Positions 53,130 to 64,000 of a DNA stretch of 64,000 bases are shown here, in pieces (within the stretch, counting starts at the first letter, position 1; the number at the start of each line of letters is the position of its first letter). This DNA comes from Eledone cirrhosa. Its lineage: Eukaryota. The DNA lies in assembly GCA_964016885.1 (NCBI GenBank), contig OZ024743.1:230764001-230828000 (forward strand), given 5' to 3'. Both the position numbers and the translations under genes were made by a program. The notes under the pieces were generated by a model. That model saw only the letters and a list, made by a program, of their open reading frames with translations, was not told the DNA's origin and did not search any database.

Positions 53130-53613
53130 GAAAATTTAAGTAAGTAAGTAAAAAAATATTTAAAAAACATTTTTTTTTTGAAAAAGATTTTCTTATTTTA
53201 CGTCTTTTATATTATTGTTCTGCATCCTCCTGCATTGAACCACCTAGGTACTATGACATAACCTGTGTATTTGCTGGCATAGGCGTGCATCTGTGCGCTT
53301 ATGTTAGTTGATATATTAAATTATCTATATTTATCTCCAAATCACTGATTTGTCGAGCAAACCTGCCAAAACCACTTCTAAAAAAATTTTTTGGGGGGTG
53401 TTAGTAGGCGTCAGTCATCTTACCATCCCATTCCTTCTGACTAGCCTCTGTGTCACGTGATTGATTCTTTAGAATCGGCCATTTGACTAGAAGCAGTGAG
53501 GATTTCAGTGCATGGAATTCAGTCCTCGCTAGCTGTTCCATCTACCGAATTATTATTATTTTTATATGAGCCGCCAGTGTCCGCGCATTGCCTGGAGACT
53601 TAGCTGAGAATAG

Positions 53614-53695
53614 ACTCCCTGATGACGCAATGAATTCTCGACAGTTAGATTACGTAACTGTCTTTATCCCATTGCAGAAACTAATTAGTTGGAGT
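53614..53695 (+). ncRNA. Type I hammerhead ribozyme (family C, second unit)
   Basis: Same fold as 53048-53129. Confidence 0.87.
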
Positions 53696-53972
53696 GAAAA
53701 TTTAAGTAAGTAAGTAAAAAAATTAAAAAAAAATTTTTTTTTGAAAAAGATTTTCTTATTTTACGTCTTTTATATATATATATATATATATGTGTAGATA
53801 AATCTACCAAAATGTACGGTAGTGTCCAATCCGTATGAAGAATTCAATGTAATCCGAATATCATGAAAAGAGAAGATGTATTAAAACATTTTTTTCCGAT
53901 GAAAAATACAGGAAAACAGAGTCAAGATAAATTAATAAAAATAATGAATAAAAACAAAGAAACAGTTCCTTA

Positions 53973-54102
53973 TATTTCTGAAGACAGCATATATATGTGT
54001 AGGTATGTATATTCCCTCTGATAGCTTGTAAAAATGTTACGTAGATCTATATGATATACATACCAACACAAACATATATATCCTAGAAACGATCGTAAAA
54101 TA
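53973..54102 (+). ncRNA. Hammerhead ribozyme with a ~100 nt stem II (family H)
   Basis: TATTT/AAATA; CTGAAGA; ATATATATGT/ACATATATAT and GGTATGTATAT/ATATACATACC; GAAA; palindrome ACGATCGT; GUA triplet. Enclosed by inverted arms ~53928-53975 and ~54114-54163. Confidence 0.78.
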
Positions 54103-54157
54103 ATGAATTTGTTAATATAAGGAACTGTTTCTTTGTTTTTATTCATTATTTTTATTA

Positions 54158-54212
<55 letters not shown>

Positions 54213-54557
54213 AACACACACACATTCAACGCGGAGTAGAGATTTGGCAACAGGTCTGTGACTGTAGTCTACAACGGTAATGACATGTGTAAATGTAAAT
54301 GTGATGGTAAGGAAAGAGTGTAGACGTTATTGTGGTGGCGGGTGAGGCTGAAATGTATGTAATTCATTTGTCCGTTTTCTTCTCTTTGCAAAATTTGAAT
54401 TTTAGCCATGTTATATTGAGATGTAAGTAGATGTAAAATGTAAAATATAAATAAGGATTGCTCTGGCAAAATATCCGAAAATACATACATACATAGATAC
54501 ATACATACATACATACATACATACATACATACATACATACATACATACATACATACA

Positions 54558-54890
54558 TAGCAGACCAGATATTTTGATATGGGACAGGGAGAAGAAAGCA
54601 TGCACAGTAGTGGAAATTAGGTGCCCAGCAGATGCCAATATAATATCAAAGATTAGCGAAAAGGAGAATATTTATGCAGAACTGATGAGGAATCTGCAGA
54701 TACTTCCCCCTGATTACACTTACAGATTTATGCTTGTGATTGATGGGGAACTGGGGTATGTTAGTATCTGACTCAATGCAAACCATGAGAAGCTCGGCTT
54801 CATAGGTACAGAAAGAACACCACTAGCTAGGAAGTTACAAGTACAATGGAACAGTAAATATATCTGAAACATTCCAAAAATATTGCATTT
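54558..54890 (+). pseudogene. R4/R2-like RLE C-terminal fragment
   Basis: RPDILIWDREKKACTVVEIRCPAD..EKENIY..GELGYV. Confidence 0.75.
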
Positions 54891-55194
54891 AATAACTGCA
54901 TATTTACACATGTACAGATACAAAGCATATACGCATGCACACATACAACTCAAAACATACACATCCACACATAAAATAACATCCATATCTACACATGCAT
55001 GCATGCGGACATACATATCTACCTAGTTGATGTATACATTCCAATGAGAGAATCTTGTGTCTATGTTAGAAACCGACACTCTCTCTATTGGGAAAAAATT
55101 TGGAAATTATAAAACCAGAAGAACATACATATATACATATATACATATATACATATATGCATATATACATATATACATATATACATATATATGG

Positions 55195-55795
55195 TGGCTG
55201 CCAACTCGTTTTCGAGTACGGCCACTACTTTATATCCATGTAGGAGAACCCCTACCGATGCGCTGAACGAGTGTGACTTTTTAGTCCAGCCAGCGTATTG
55301 AAAACTCTGGTACAAACACTACACTTGTAACAATTATTGACACATAGTGCTGGGCCCATGGTACCATGTGACGACAAGTGCAGAGAGATCTCCAGATATA
55401 AAGCAATGCCTGTACCGTGAAGCTTTTATAGTGAGCAAAAGCACTGCACAAAGCCAATCCCACACTCTTAACAAAGATGATATTTACGAAAAAGAAGAAC
55501 AAGTCAACATCATAGGATACCATCATGGTTGCAGGTGTTATATCAGAGTTTTCCTTCTCCTAGAATTCTGCCTTGACAATGGTTAAGGGGTCATCTCTCC
55601 CGGTAATTTTGGATGGCCATTGACTCTTAAGAGCTCCTTTGCCCTTTGACAGGTTTTGTTTTTAGTCCTGCAGGATGTCCAAAGTCACCCTCCTCACCAA
55701 GAAACCTTGGTGGGGTTGCCAGTTTAGTCGCCAACGACCCGACCATGAGACAGGTTGTACTGGGATACATGTTACCAGTAGCACCAACTGGTGAC
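55195..55795 (-). mobile_element. Internally deleted RTE-like element (5' region plus 3' end)
   Basis: Shares both segments with 44172-44572, here in a consistent minus orientation. Confidence 0.7.
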
Positions 55796-55823
55796 CTGAC
55801 ATACATTTATATATATACATATA

Positions 55824-55902
<79 letters not shown>

Positions 55903-55903
<1 letters not shown>

Positions 55904-56098
55904 GAAAAAGTATGACCCCTACGGCAGAGATCAAGCCGTTTCGGCAGCTATTTGTGGACTAGAGATAGCCGTCGAAACGGCTTGAGCTCTGCCGTCGGGG
56001 TCATACTTTTTCCTATTTCCCACTCTACTACCCTAAGTATTGAGTACTCTGGTGCGTTATGGTCCATCTGGTTCCTTACCACAATTCCTTTGTTATAC
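55903..56098. mobile_element. Mini inverted insertion in (TA)n, related to 17637-17744
   Basis: gaaaaagtatgacccctacggcagag / ctctgccgtcggggtcatactttttc; the right arm extends further. Confidence 0.75.
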
Positions 56099-56351
56099 AT
56101 ATATATATATATATATATATACTATAAGATTAAAGGAACAAAGATTCAGTGTTGCATCATGACATATTTAATAACATATTATATATGTTTTACTATTGAT
56201 CAGCTCGAGGAACTACCTATTATTGACCAAACCTGACTCTATAATCGAAGACCATCATACATGGTTTCGTATGTGAGCTCGTCTCCTATTCTGTAATATA
56301 TATATATATATATACAAATATACATATATGTTTATAATATATATATGTATA

Positions 56352-56391
<40 letters not shown>

Positions 56392-56392
<1 letters not shown>

Positions 56393-58180
56393 AGAGTATT
56401 GAAGTCTGCTTGAAGCATTGTGGAATAATAAGGTAAATTTCTTTAAGGCGTTTGGAAGCCTTGACAATGCAGATGGGTAAATCTCCGGGTAACAGGATCC
56501 GGTGGTAGAGAGAGAGAGATGTAAGTGGGTGTACGTTGAGATGGTAATCTCTACTCCAAGGTCACGGGAATCACTCTCGCGCAGATAGAAGAGCACATCA
56601 ACGCCGCCTGGACCAACATCTGCGACCGGCGGAAGCACCCGAAGAAGCTGAGATACAACCTCCTCACGAGGAACAGCAGACTACCCGCCTTCTACCACCT
56701 CGTGAAAACACACAAACAGGGACCCGACCTGAAGATCAGGCCCATTTTATCGAGCGTGGAAGGACCACTCTACAAAATGTCATGGTTCCTAGCCAGAATA
56801 CTCAAACCTATCTTAGACTCCTTGCCGGACACGTTAACAGCTCCAAGGAGGTGTTGAAGCGCCTGCGTCAAATGGATCCCGACACCAGAAAGAATAACAG
56901 ATATGACTTCAGCCTTGATGTAGTCGCTCCCTACACTTCGTTCCCGGCACTCCCGGCCGTCAATATACTGATGGAACGCGACCAAATCCACCGACCTACA
57001 CTGCTTCGAGCTCACCACCACTGACATCCATCAACTACTATCCATCGTCGTCGACAACACCTATTTCGGATTCCTTGACCAGACATGCCAACAAACCTCG
57101 GGACTGCCCATGGAATCAAGCCTGTCGGGTGTGTTAGCGATCACTTACATGGACAACCTCAAGCGCAAGGCACTCAACGCCTGCCACCCCAACGCCGTCG
57201 CCTTTTTCTCAAGGTACGTGGACAATATCCTCATCCTCACATCTTCCCAAGACATGGCGAACAGAATCTAAGAGACGTTCAACAACACGGACGAGAACAT
57301 TGACTTCAGTGTTGAACACCCCAACGAAGACGAGTCACTTGCCCTCCTCGACTTCCGAATCAACATCACGGAACAGGGAGGGATCCACTGCAACTTCTAC
57401 CGAAAGGCAGCCTGCAGCGACATGTTCGTCCACTACAAGTCCGCTCTCACTAACAGTGCCAACAGAGGATACATCACAAACGAGATCGCGCGAATCAAAA
57501 ACAGATGCAGCGATCCCGAGAGTGGTGTCACTCATACCAAGCGATTCCTCGAGGTGCTGGAGACGAACGGGTACCCTACCTCGCTCACGGAGAGAGTAGG
57601 ACACACCAGACACACGAGACAGAGAGGCACCCAAGGCAAGTGTTTCCTTAAAATGTCACACTTGGGCGGGAATACCACCAACGCTATCTGCAAGGCTATA
57701 CGGAGGGAGGGCCTTGTCATCCACCTGGCCCAAACGGGCCCCTCCCTGCGAAGATGCCTCTCCAGGAAACCCGGGAAATCAACTGACGCGTGCTCCCTCA
57801 GAGACTGCCCAATGCGCCATGCGAACTGTTGCCTACGCACATACGTCGTGTATAAGATAGAATGTAACAAGTGCAACCAATACTATATAGGTGGCACAAT
57901 CCGGCCGTTGCACATCCGGATCAGGGAACACACTAAAACCAGGGCCTCGTCTTTCCGGAAACACATAGCCAAATGCGGAAACAAAGACGGAAGGCCCATT
58001 GTCACAATTCTAGCGACAGAAATAAACGTCGGCACGTTACGTACCAAGGAAACACTTTGGATCAAACGCCTAGGGCCACAATTAAACAACCGATCCAAGA
58101 GAAGCGAAATGAGGTGGTTGGTTTAAGTTAACAAACGATGCAGCAACACACGCACACACAAACACAAACGAGACATCAAC

Positions 58181-58219
<39 letters not shown>

Positions 58220-58794
58220 CAGTAGCATTCCACCATTCGAACATACTACACTGCCAATACAGAGGAACAAGGCAACAACACACGCACACACACACACACA
58301 CTCAAGTGACACAACAACACACGCACACACACACACACACAGTAACATTCAACACACAGGCAGAGAATGGACTAACAGCTAGCGCCACCCCTTTCCCACA
58401 ATTGAAAGAACTACTTCGGCCGCTGACCTCTGCCTGACCGACCACATTACACAGCGCACGCGCGCTCTGCTGAATACCTCAGATATTCAAAACAACGAAC
58501 AGTGGGACACGTTTCGCACCTTTCCGACAGACAACCTTTCTCCCACTCCGGAAAATACTCCCAGTTGAAGGATTTGAAACCGAAATATATAGGGACAATT
58601 AAATCTCTCGCAAGGTTGTTATTTTTATTTTTATCCTTTACGCTCTATCCTTCATTCCTCTACACGTCTTATACACGCCATTCATCTCAACGTACACCCA
58701 CTTACATCTCTCTCTCTACCACCGGATCCTGTTACCCGGAGATTTACCCATCGGCATTGTCGAGGCTTCCAAACGACTTAAAGAAATTTACCAT
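56392..58794 (+). mobile_element. 5'-truncated Penelope/Poseidon-like element with an inverted 5' pLTR, within (TA)n
   Basis: RT remnants KIRPILSS, QQTSGLPM..LSGVLA, RYVD. ORF 57422-58126 carries the thumb and GIY-YIG (VVYKIECNKCNQYYIGGTIRPLHIRIREH). 56430-56545 is inverted relative to 58680-58794. Degenerate HHR at 58558-58596. Confidence 0.9.
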
Positions 58795-58857
58795 ATATAT
58801 ATATATATATATATATACGATATTAACAAATGGAAACTATATTTATAAAACCATATC

Positions 58858-58922
58858 TATTTTATTATACATATTTCAAGGATATCATGCTAAATTATGG
58901 TATGCTTTCATCAGACAAAATA
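58858..58922 (-). ncRNA. Hammerhead ribozyme (family A copy)
   Basis: TATTTTGT CTGATGA AAG-c-ATACCAT..ATGATAT-CCTT GAAATATGTATA ATAAAATA. Confidence 0.72.
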
Positions 58923-59036
58923 CAATATATACCAGTTTTATAAATAAATATTGACATACCCTTCCAAAATGCAACCGTTACTTGTGGAAGACATCAGGGA
59001 TTGTCGAGGCTTCCAAACGACTTAAAGAAATTTCCC

Positions 59037-59093
<57 letters not shown>

Positions 59094-59096
<3 letters not shown>

Positions 59097-59265
59097 TAAA
59101 TTTCTTTAAGTCGTTTGGGTAAATCTCCGGGTAACAGGATCCGGTGGTAGAGAGAGATGTAACTGGGTGTACGTTGAGATGCGTGGCGTGTATAAGACGT
59201 GTAGAGGAATGAAGGATAGAGCGTAAAGGATAACTAAAAGCATGGACAAGAAAAATAAAATGAAC
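59094..59265 (-). mobile_element. Extra pLTR 3' fragment of the 56392-58794 PLE
   Basis: Reverse complement of ~58620-58794 with an internal deletion. Confidence 0.8.
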
Positions 59266-61203
59266 CAAGTCAGTCAGTCACATCTCGTCAGCCTACCGCT
59301 AGAGGTACGTTATTTCAGTGCTTTAGGATCGATTTCAACTGGCCTTAGTACTCAAGGGATAGTAACAAATGAACAAAGGACACGAATGGAAATTGTGTCA
59401 TATTTATATTAATTCGTAAATTTTTAACCACGAGAACTATTTTTTCATATATGTATATATAATCGTGTGTGTGTGTGTGTATGTGTGTGTGTGTGTGTGT
59501 GTGTATGTGTGTGTGTGTGTGTGTTTCCGCGCGCGTGCGCGCGTGTGTGTTTCTATATATTTATAAATACTCTATAAATGTATTGTATGTCACATTTTTA
59601 ATAATTGCAAGTAGATTATGGGTGTATCTGAGAGAATTACGCAATCATTAAAGACAGATGTCTGTCTAAAATATCAAAACAGCGAGAACAATCTGGAGAT
59701 AGATATTTTAGTACTGCAATACTATTAAGTATTGATCACTCTTCATCATTCGTATCCTGCCATCCCGTACAGTACATCCATCATTCGTATCATGCAATCC
59801 GGTACAGCATATTCAATAACGTTCTGGTCGGGTACCAGCAAACCTCTTAGGGTACCTTGGTGATGAGAGTTGCAAATGGCCTGGAGTCATTGATCACATA
59901 AAAGTGGAAAGACTATTGGAGACATAGTTTCCTTGGTCTGATTTGGCGAGAGGCAGCTTTCATTTGTTTTGTTTTTTTCTGTTTACTTGTAATGCAGTTA
60001 ACTCAATTAATGTTGGTGGTTTGGCTGTTACTCTCGCTTTATGAAATTCTGTTGATAATAATATAGGACATGATAGGGGTGTTATCCCTACAGTAAAACC
60101 ATCGAAGAAGCTTCATGCATATGTATTATAACGATACAATTGCAACGGATGTCGGTTAACCATGTAAGGGTTGAGATTGTGATTCATGAACTGGTGTCAT
60201 CAAAAGTATTGCCGAAGGAGCGTGAACTTATTTACAAAATTCAAGTACGTTGTAAAACATGCACTAAAGGTTATCCAATTTTTTCTGAGTTAAACAGTTT
60301 TCATGTTCTATTGCTACACTCGCTGCATGGTAATGTGAAAAGGAAGCTATTCTTTGGGGCTCTGTTGAAAACATGATTTAAGCACAAGATGCAGTGACAC
60401 TTTTGGGAATCACTGGTTTGTGTGAAAACAGTTAAGAGCTGGAGTTGTATTATTTATGAAAGGCAGGATAAAGTTTAAATCAACTATGAAATGGTTAAAC
60501 TTAGAACGATGTTAAAAGAAATTACTATTATTATATTCTTAGAAGAAATAAGGTTCTCATACTGTTCAACAATCAGCTCTATCTTCCATTTCTAATTTAA
60601 GAAGTTATGTACTTGACGGAGAGACAAATTAATGTCATTTAGTGCAGTATGACATGTTTTCGTATAAGTGTTGGAAACTGAGTCAGAAAGAAGACGATGG
60701 TATGTTTTCTTGTCGATATCATATCGATTTTTCGTTTCATCAAAGTTTACCAAGAGATTAAATTACTTCATGATGCTAAGATTATTTCTGGTTTTCTTTG
60801 AATATATTAGTTCTATTTTTAAATTTAATATTTTTATTATTATCTATATTAAGAAAAGAACACATCTTCGAATGTTTGCGATAAGGGTTCAAATAGTTGT
60901 TAGGAAAATGAATGTGTTTTTTACCCAGGTATTATTTATTTAGTGAATTTATTTATTTATTTATGTAGCTATTTATTTTCCTGTCATATGTAGCATGGTT
61001 TCATAGCATTGAAATGCATTTATTTCAGAATTAATGAGGTTATAATTGCATCTTAACAAGTCCATTCAATGTTGTACACACACATTCATATGTATTTATA
61101 AATTCATACATATATACGTGCAAACACACACACAGACACACACACACACAGAGACCAAATACATATCTGCATATATGCATATATATATATATATATATAT
61201 ATA

Positions 61204-61255
<52 letters not shown>

Positions 61256-61261
<6 letters not shown>

Positions 61262-62497
61262 GAAACACACAGATACATGCGGACACACACATATATACAT
61301 GAATGCATCCGCACCCAACTGTGAGTTAAGGGTGCCAACTTCACCGATGTTGCTCAATGAATGACTGGGACAGACCAATTCAGTTTGAACTAGACTGAAC
61401 CAGTATCAGAGTTAAAAATACATTATGAAGAGAGAAGAAACATTTAGATGTAATTAGTAATAAAATGTATCATACCTAAACTGTTCCTAAATTCCTCGAC
61501 TACGTAGTTTCGTGGCATAAACAAAAACAATATATCAAAGATATAGAGTCCTTGCGAGGTCTGCCGACTTATCAAGAGGATACCTCATTTTACTAGTCTC
61601 AAGAACGCGTCTACACGACGTGAGAAAGAATCCCAAAAGGCGGAGGGGGAGATAGTCACGCGATATAACGGTCGAGAAACAGAGCTAAGCCTCTTATAAC
61701 CACGAAGAAAATACCACGGAGGCAGAGGGGGTATTCATATCGAGGCCGTAGAAGAGGTAGTGAAGAAGGCGAGAAGTATGAGTAATGGAAGCTTTCCAGT
61801 TGTCCCCACACTTCAAAGATTGCTCGACCAGAGGGAGTTATTAATATATTTAGAAACACACAGATACATGCGGACACACACATATATACATGAATGCATC
61901 CGCACCCAACTGTGAGTTAAGGGTGCCAACTTCACCGATGTTGCTCAATGAATGACTGGGACAGACCAATTCAGTTTGAACTAGACTGAACCAGTATCAG
62001 AGTTAAAAATACATTATGAAGAGAGAAGAAACATTTAGATATAATTAGTAATAAAATGTATCATACCTAAACTGTTCCTAAATTACTCGACTACGTAGTT
62101 TCGTGGCATAAACAAAAACAATATATCAAAGATATAGAGTCCTTGCGAGGTCTGCCGACTTATCAAGAGGATACCTCATTTTACTAGTCTCAAGAACGCG
62201 TCTACACGACGTGAGAAAGAATCCCAAAAGGCGGAGGGGGAGATAGTCACGCGATATAACGGTCGAGAAACAGAGCTAAGCCTCTTATAACCACGAAGAA
62301 AATACCACGGAGGCGGAGGGGTATTCATATCGAGGTATCCTCTTGATAAGTCGGCAGACCTCGCAAGGACTCTATATCTTTGATATATTGTTTTTGTTTA
62401 TGCCACGAAACTACGTAGTCGAGGAATTTAGGAACAGTTTAGGTATGATACATTTTATTACTAATTATATCTAAATGTTTCTTCTCTCTTCATAATG

Positions 62498-62500
<3 letters not shown>
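61256..62500 (-). mobile_element. Family B retrozyme-like element, second locus (591 bp period, ~1.8 units plus an inverted arm)
   Basis: HHRs at 61493-61580 (-), 62084-62171 (-) and 62338-62425 (+); (TA)n at both ends. Confidence 0.9.
62338..62425 (+). ncRNA. Hammerhead ribozyme, U3-A8 variant (family B)
   Basis: TCCTC TTGATAA GTcGGCA..TGCCAC GAAACTACGTAGTC GAGGA. Confidence 0.78.
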
Positions 62501-62520
<20 letters not shown>

Positions 62521-62528
<8 letters not shown>

Positions 62529-63090
62529 CGTAAAATAAAAAAATTATAGTAATTAATTCATTTACTTAAATTTCACTCCAACTAATTAGTTTCTGAAAGG
62601 GGATATTCATAGTCTCCAAATGGAGACCATAGAGAATCCTTTCTTCATCAGAGAGTCATTCTCGGCTAAGATTCCTGACGATTCGTGGACACTGGGATCA
62701 AATACAAAAATAATTTAGTGGACGGAAAAAAGCTAGCGTGGACTAAATCCCTAACCATTGAAAAGTTCACTGTCTTCCTGGTCAGTGGCAAATTCAAAAG
62801 AATCAATCACGTGACATCGAGGTTAATCAGTGAGGTGTGGAATGTTAAAAAGACAGTAGCCAAGTTTAATACTATGAAACATAGTAGTAATTTAGGCAAA
62901 TTTTTGCTCAACAAAATAATTTGGAGATAATTATAAAGAATTACTATATCTACCAACATATTTATACAGATGTATACTTACGCTAGCAAATATATAGGGT
63001 TTGTCTTAGTAACTTTGTGGTTCATTACAAAGAGATGCAGAACAATTATATAAAAGACGTAAAATAAGAAAATTATAGTAATTAACTCAT
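62521..63090 (-). mobile_element. Diverged family C unit (529 bp period, ~1.1 copies) between (TA)n tracts
   Basis: ataaaagacgtaaaataa at 62521 and 63050; colinear with 52867-53772. Confidence 0.85.
62575..62656 (-). ncRNA. Hammerhead ribozyme (diverged family C)
   Basis: ACTCT/GGAGT; CTGATGA; GAAAGG/CCTTTC plus TATGGTCTCCA/TGGAGACTATG; GAAACTAATTAGTT. Confidence 0.85.
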
Positions 63091-63177
63091 ATATATATAT
63101 ATATATATTTATATAAAAGAAGTATCGTATAAGGTAATCCAAGTATCCAAGTCGAGGTTATGAGTAATCTGTACAGT

Positions 63178-63287
63178 GGATTTTGATAATTTGGCTCGTG
63201 ATAACAGTACTTAAAATCAAATGTCAAAGCAAGCACCGCATATAGCAATTGTTAGACACACCGAGCCAATTAAACATTTGTTAATAC
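63178..63287 (+). ncRNA. Degenerate hammerhead with U3-A8 core and ~80 nt stem II
   Basis: GGATT TTGATAA tTTGGCTCG..CGAGCCAAt TAAAC ATTT GTT AATAC; G12 is mutated to T. Confidence 0.55.
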
Positions 63288-63762
63288 TTGGAATAAACAC
63301 TTATGTATAGCTTATCCGTGTTATTGTTCACTCCTTCATTATATATCTAAATCTCTCTCTCTATATATATATATATATGTGTGTGTGGGTGTAAGTGTAA
63401 GTCTGTGTGTGTGTGTATGTGTGTGTGTGTGAGTGTGAGTGAGTGTGTGTGTGTTTGTATGTGCATACACAGAGAAAGAAAGTGAAAGTGAGAGAGAGGT
63501 GGTGAGATCGAGAGGGAGAGTGTGAAATACACAATCCTGGATGATGTTAATAGCCAATTATTATTTAAAACACTACGCCCAATGTGATTATAATAAGCGA
63601 ATACCACTCTTTTAGTTTTATATAGAACCATTGGTTGCGCAGACACAAAACGGAATAAAAGCCTTGAAATACACAAATAGGTACATAAGCATACAAATGT
63701 TTATCTATCTATATATCTATTTACCCACCTAGTAGTCAGATGTTCGAAAACACAGGCACACC

Positions 63763-63900
<138 letters not shown>

Positions 63901-63925
63901 TATATATACATATACATATATATAC

Positions 63926-63978
<53 letters not shown>

Positions 63979-64000
63979 CATATATACATATATATATATA

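Larger units (their letters stand above)
52867..53772 (+). mobile_element. Family C retrozyme-like element: ~1.6 tandem copies of a 566 bp ORF-less unit ending in (TA)n
   Basis: Period 566 (CTGATGA at 53053 and 53619); the copies are nearly identical. Confidence 0.9.

Noticed and set aside
59280-59370. Minus-strand GAAA..CTGACGA arrangement resembling a type II HHR
   Set aside because: Stem II is not complementary and stem III is marginal.

Overview
This is repeat-saturated, AT-rich eukaryotic (metazoan) DNA. The SINE families suggest a cephalopod mollusc, probably an octopod; this is inference. I cannot support any host protein-coding exon, and most ORFs in the track are translated (TA)n/(CA)n microsatellites. 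The real coding remnants are all decayed retroelements: Penelope-like elements (PLEs: Nematis-like, Neptune-like, Penelope/Poseidon-like, plus GIY-YIG fragments), RTE/BovB LINEs, R4/Dong-like and CRE-like restriction-like-endonuclease LINEs, and a Tx1/L1 fragment. Many tRNA-derived SINEs are also present. The striking signal is non-coding. By hand-folding I find more than 25 type I hammerhead ribozyme (HHR) motifs from at least 12 unrelated sequence families. Almost all sit in elements inserted into (TA)n tracts, usually as head-to-head inverted pairs with both 3' ends pointing into the microsatellite. Among them are ORF-less 530-590 nt tandem, retrozyme-like units, HHRs with 50-100 nt stem II extensions that show compensatory changes, three families with the U3-A8 core (UUGAUAA), a copy that starts at the predicted cleavage site, and an insertion whose two arms come from different families. 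All structures were assigned by eye and ribozyme activity is untested.
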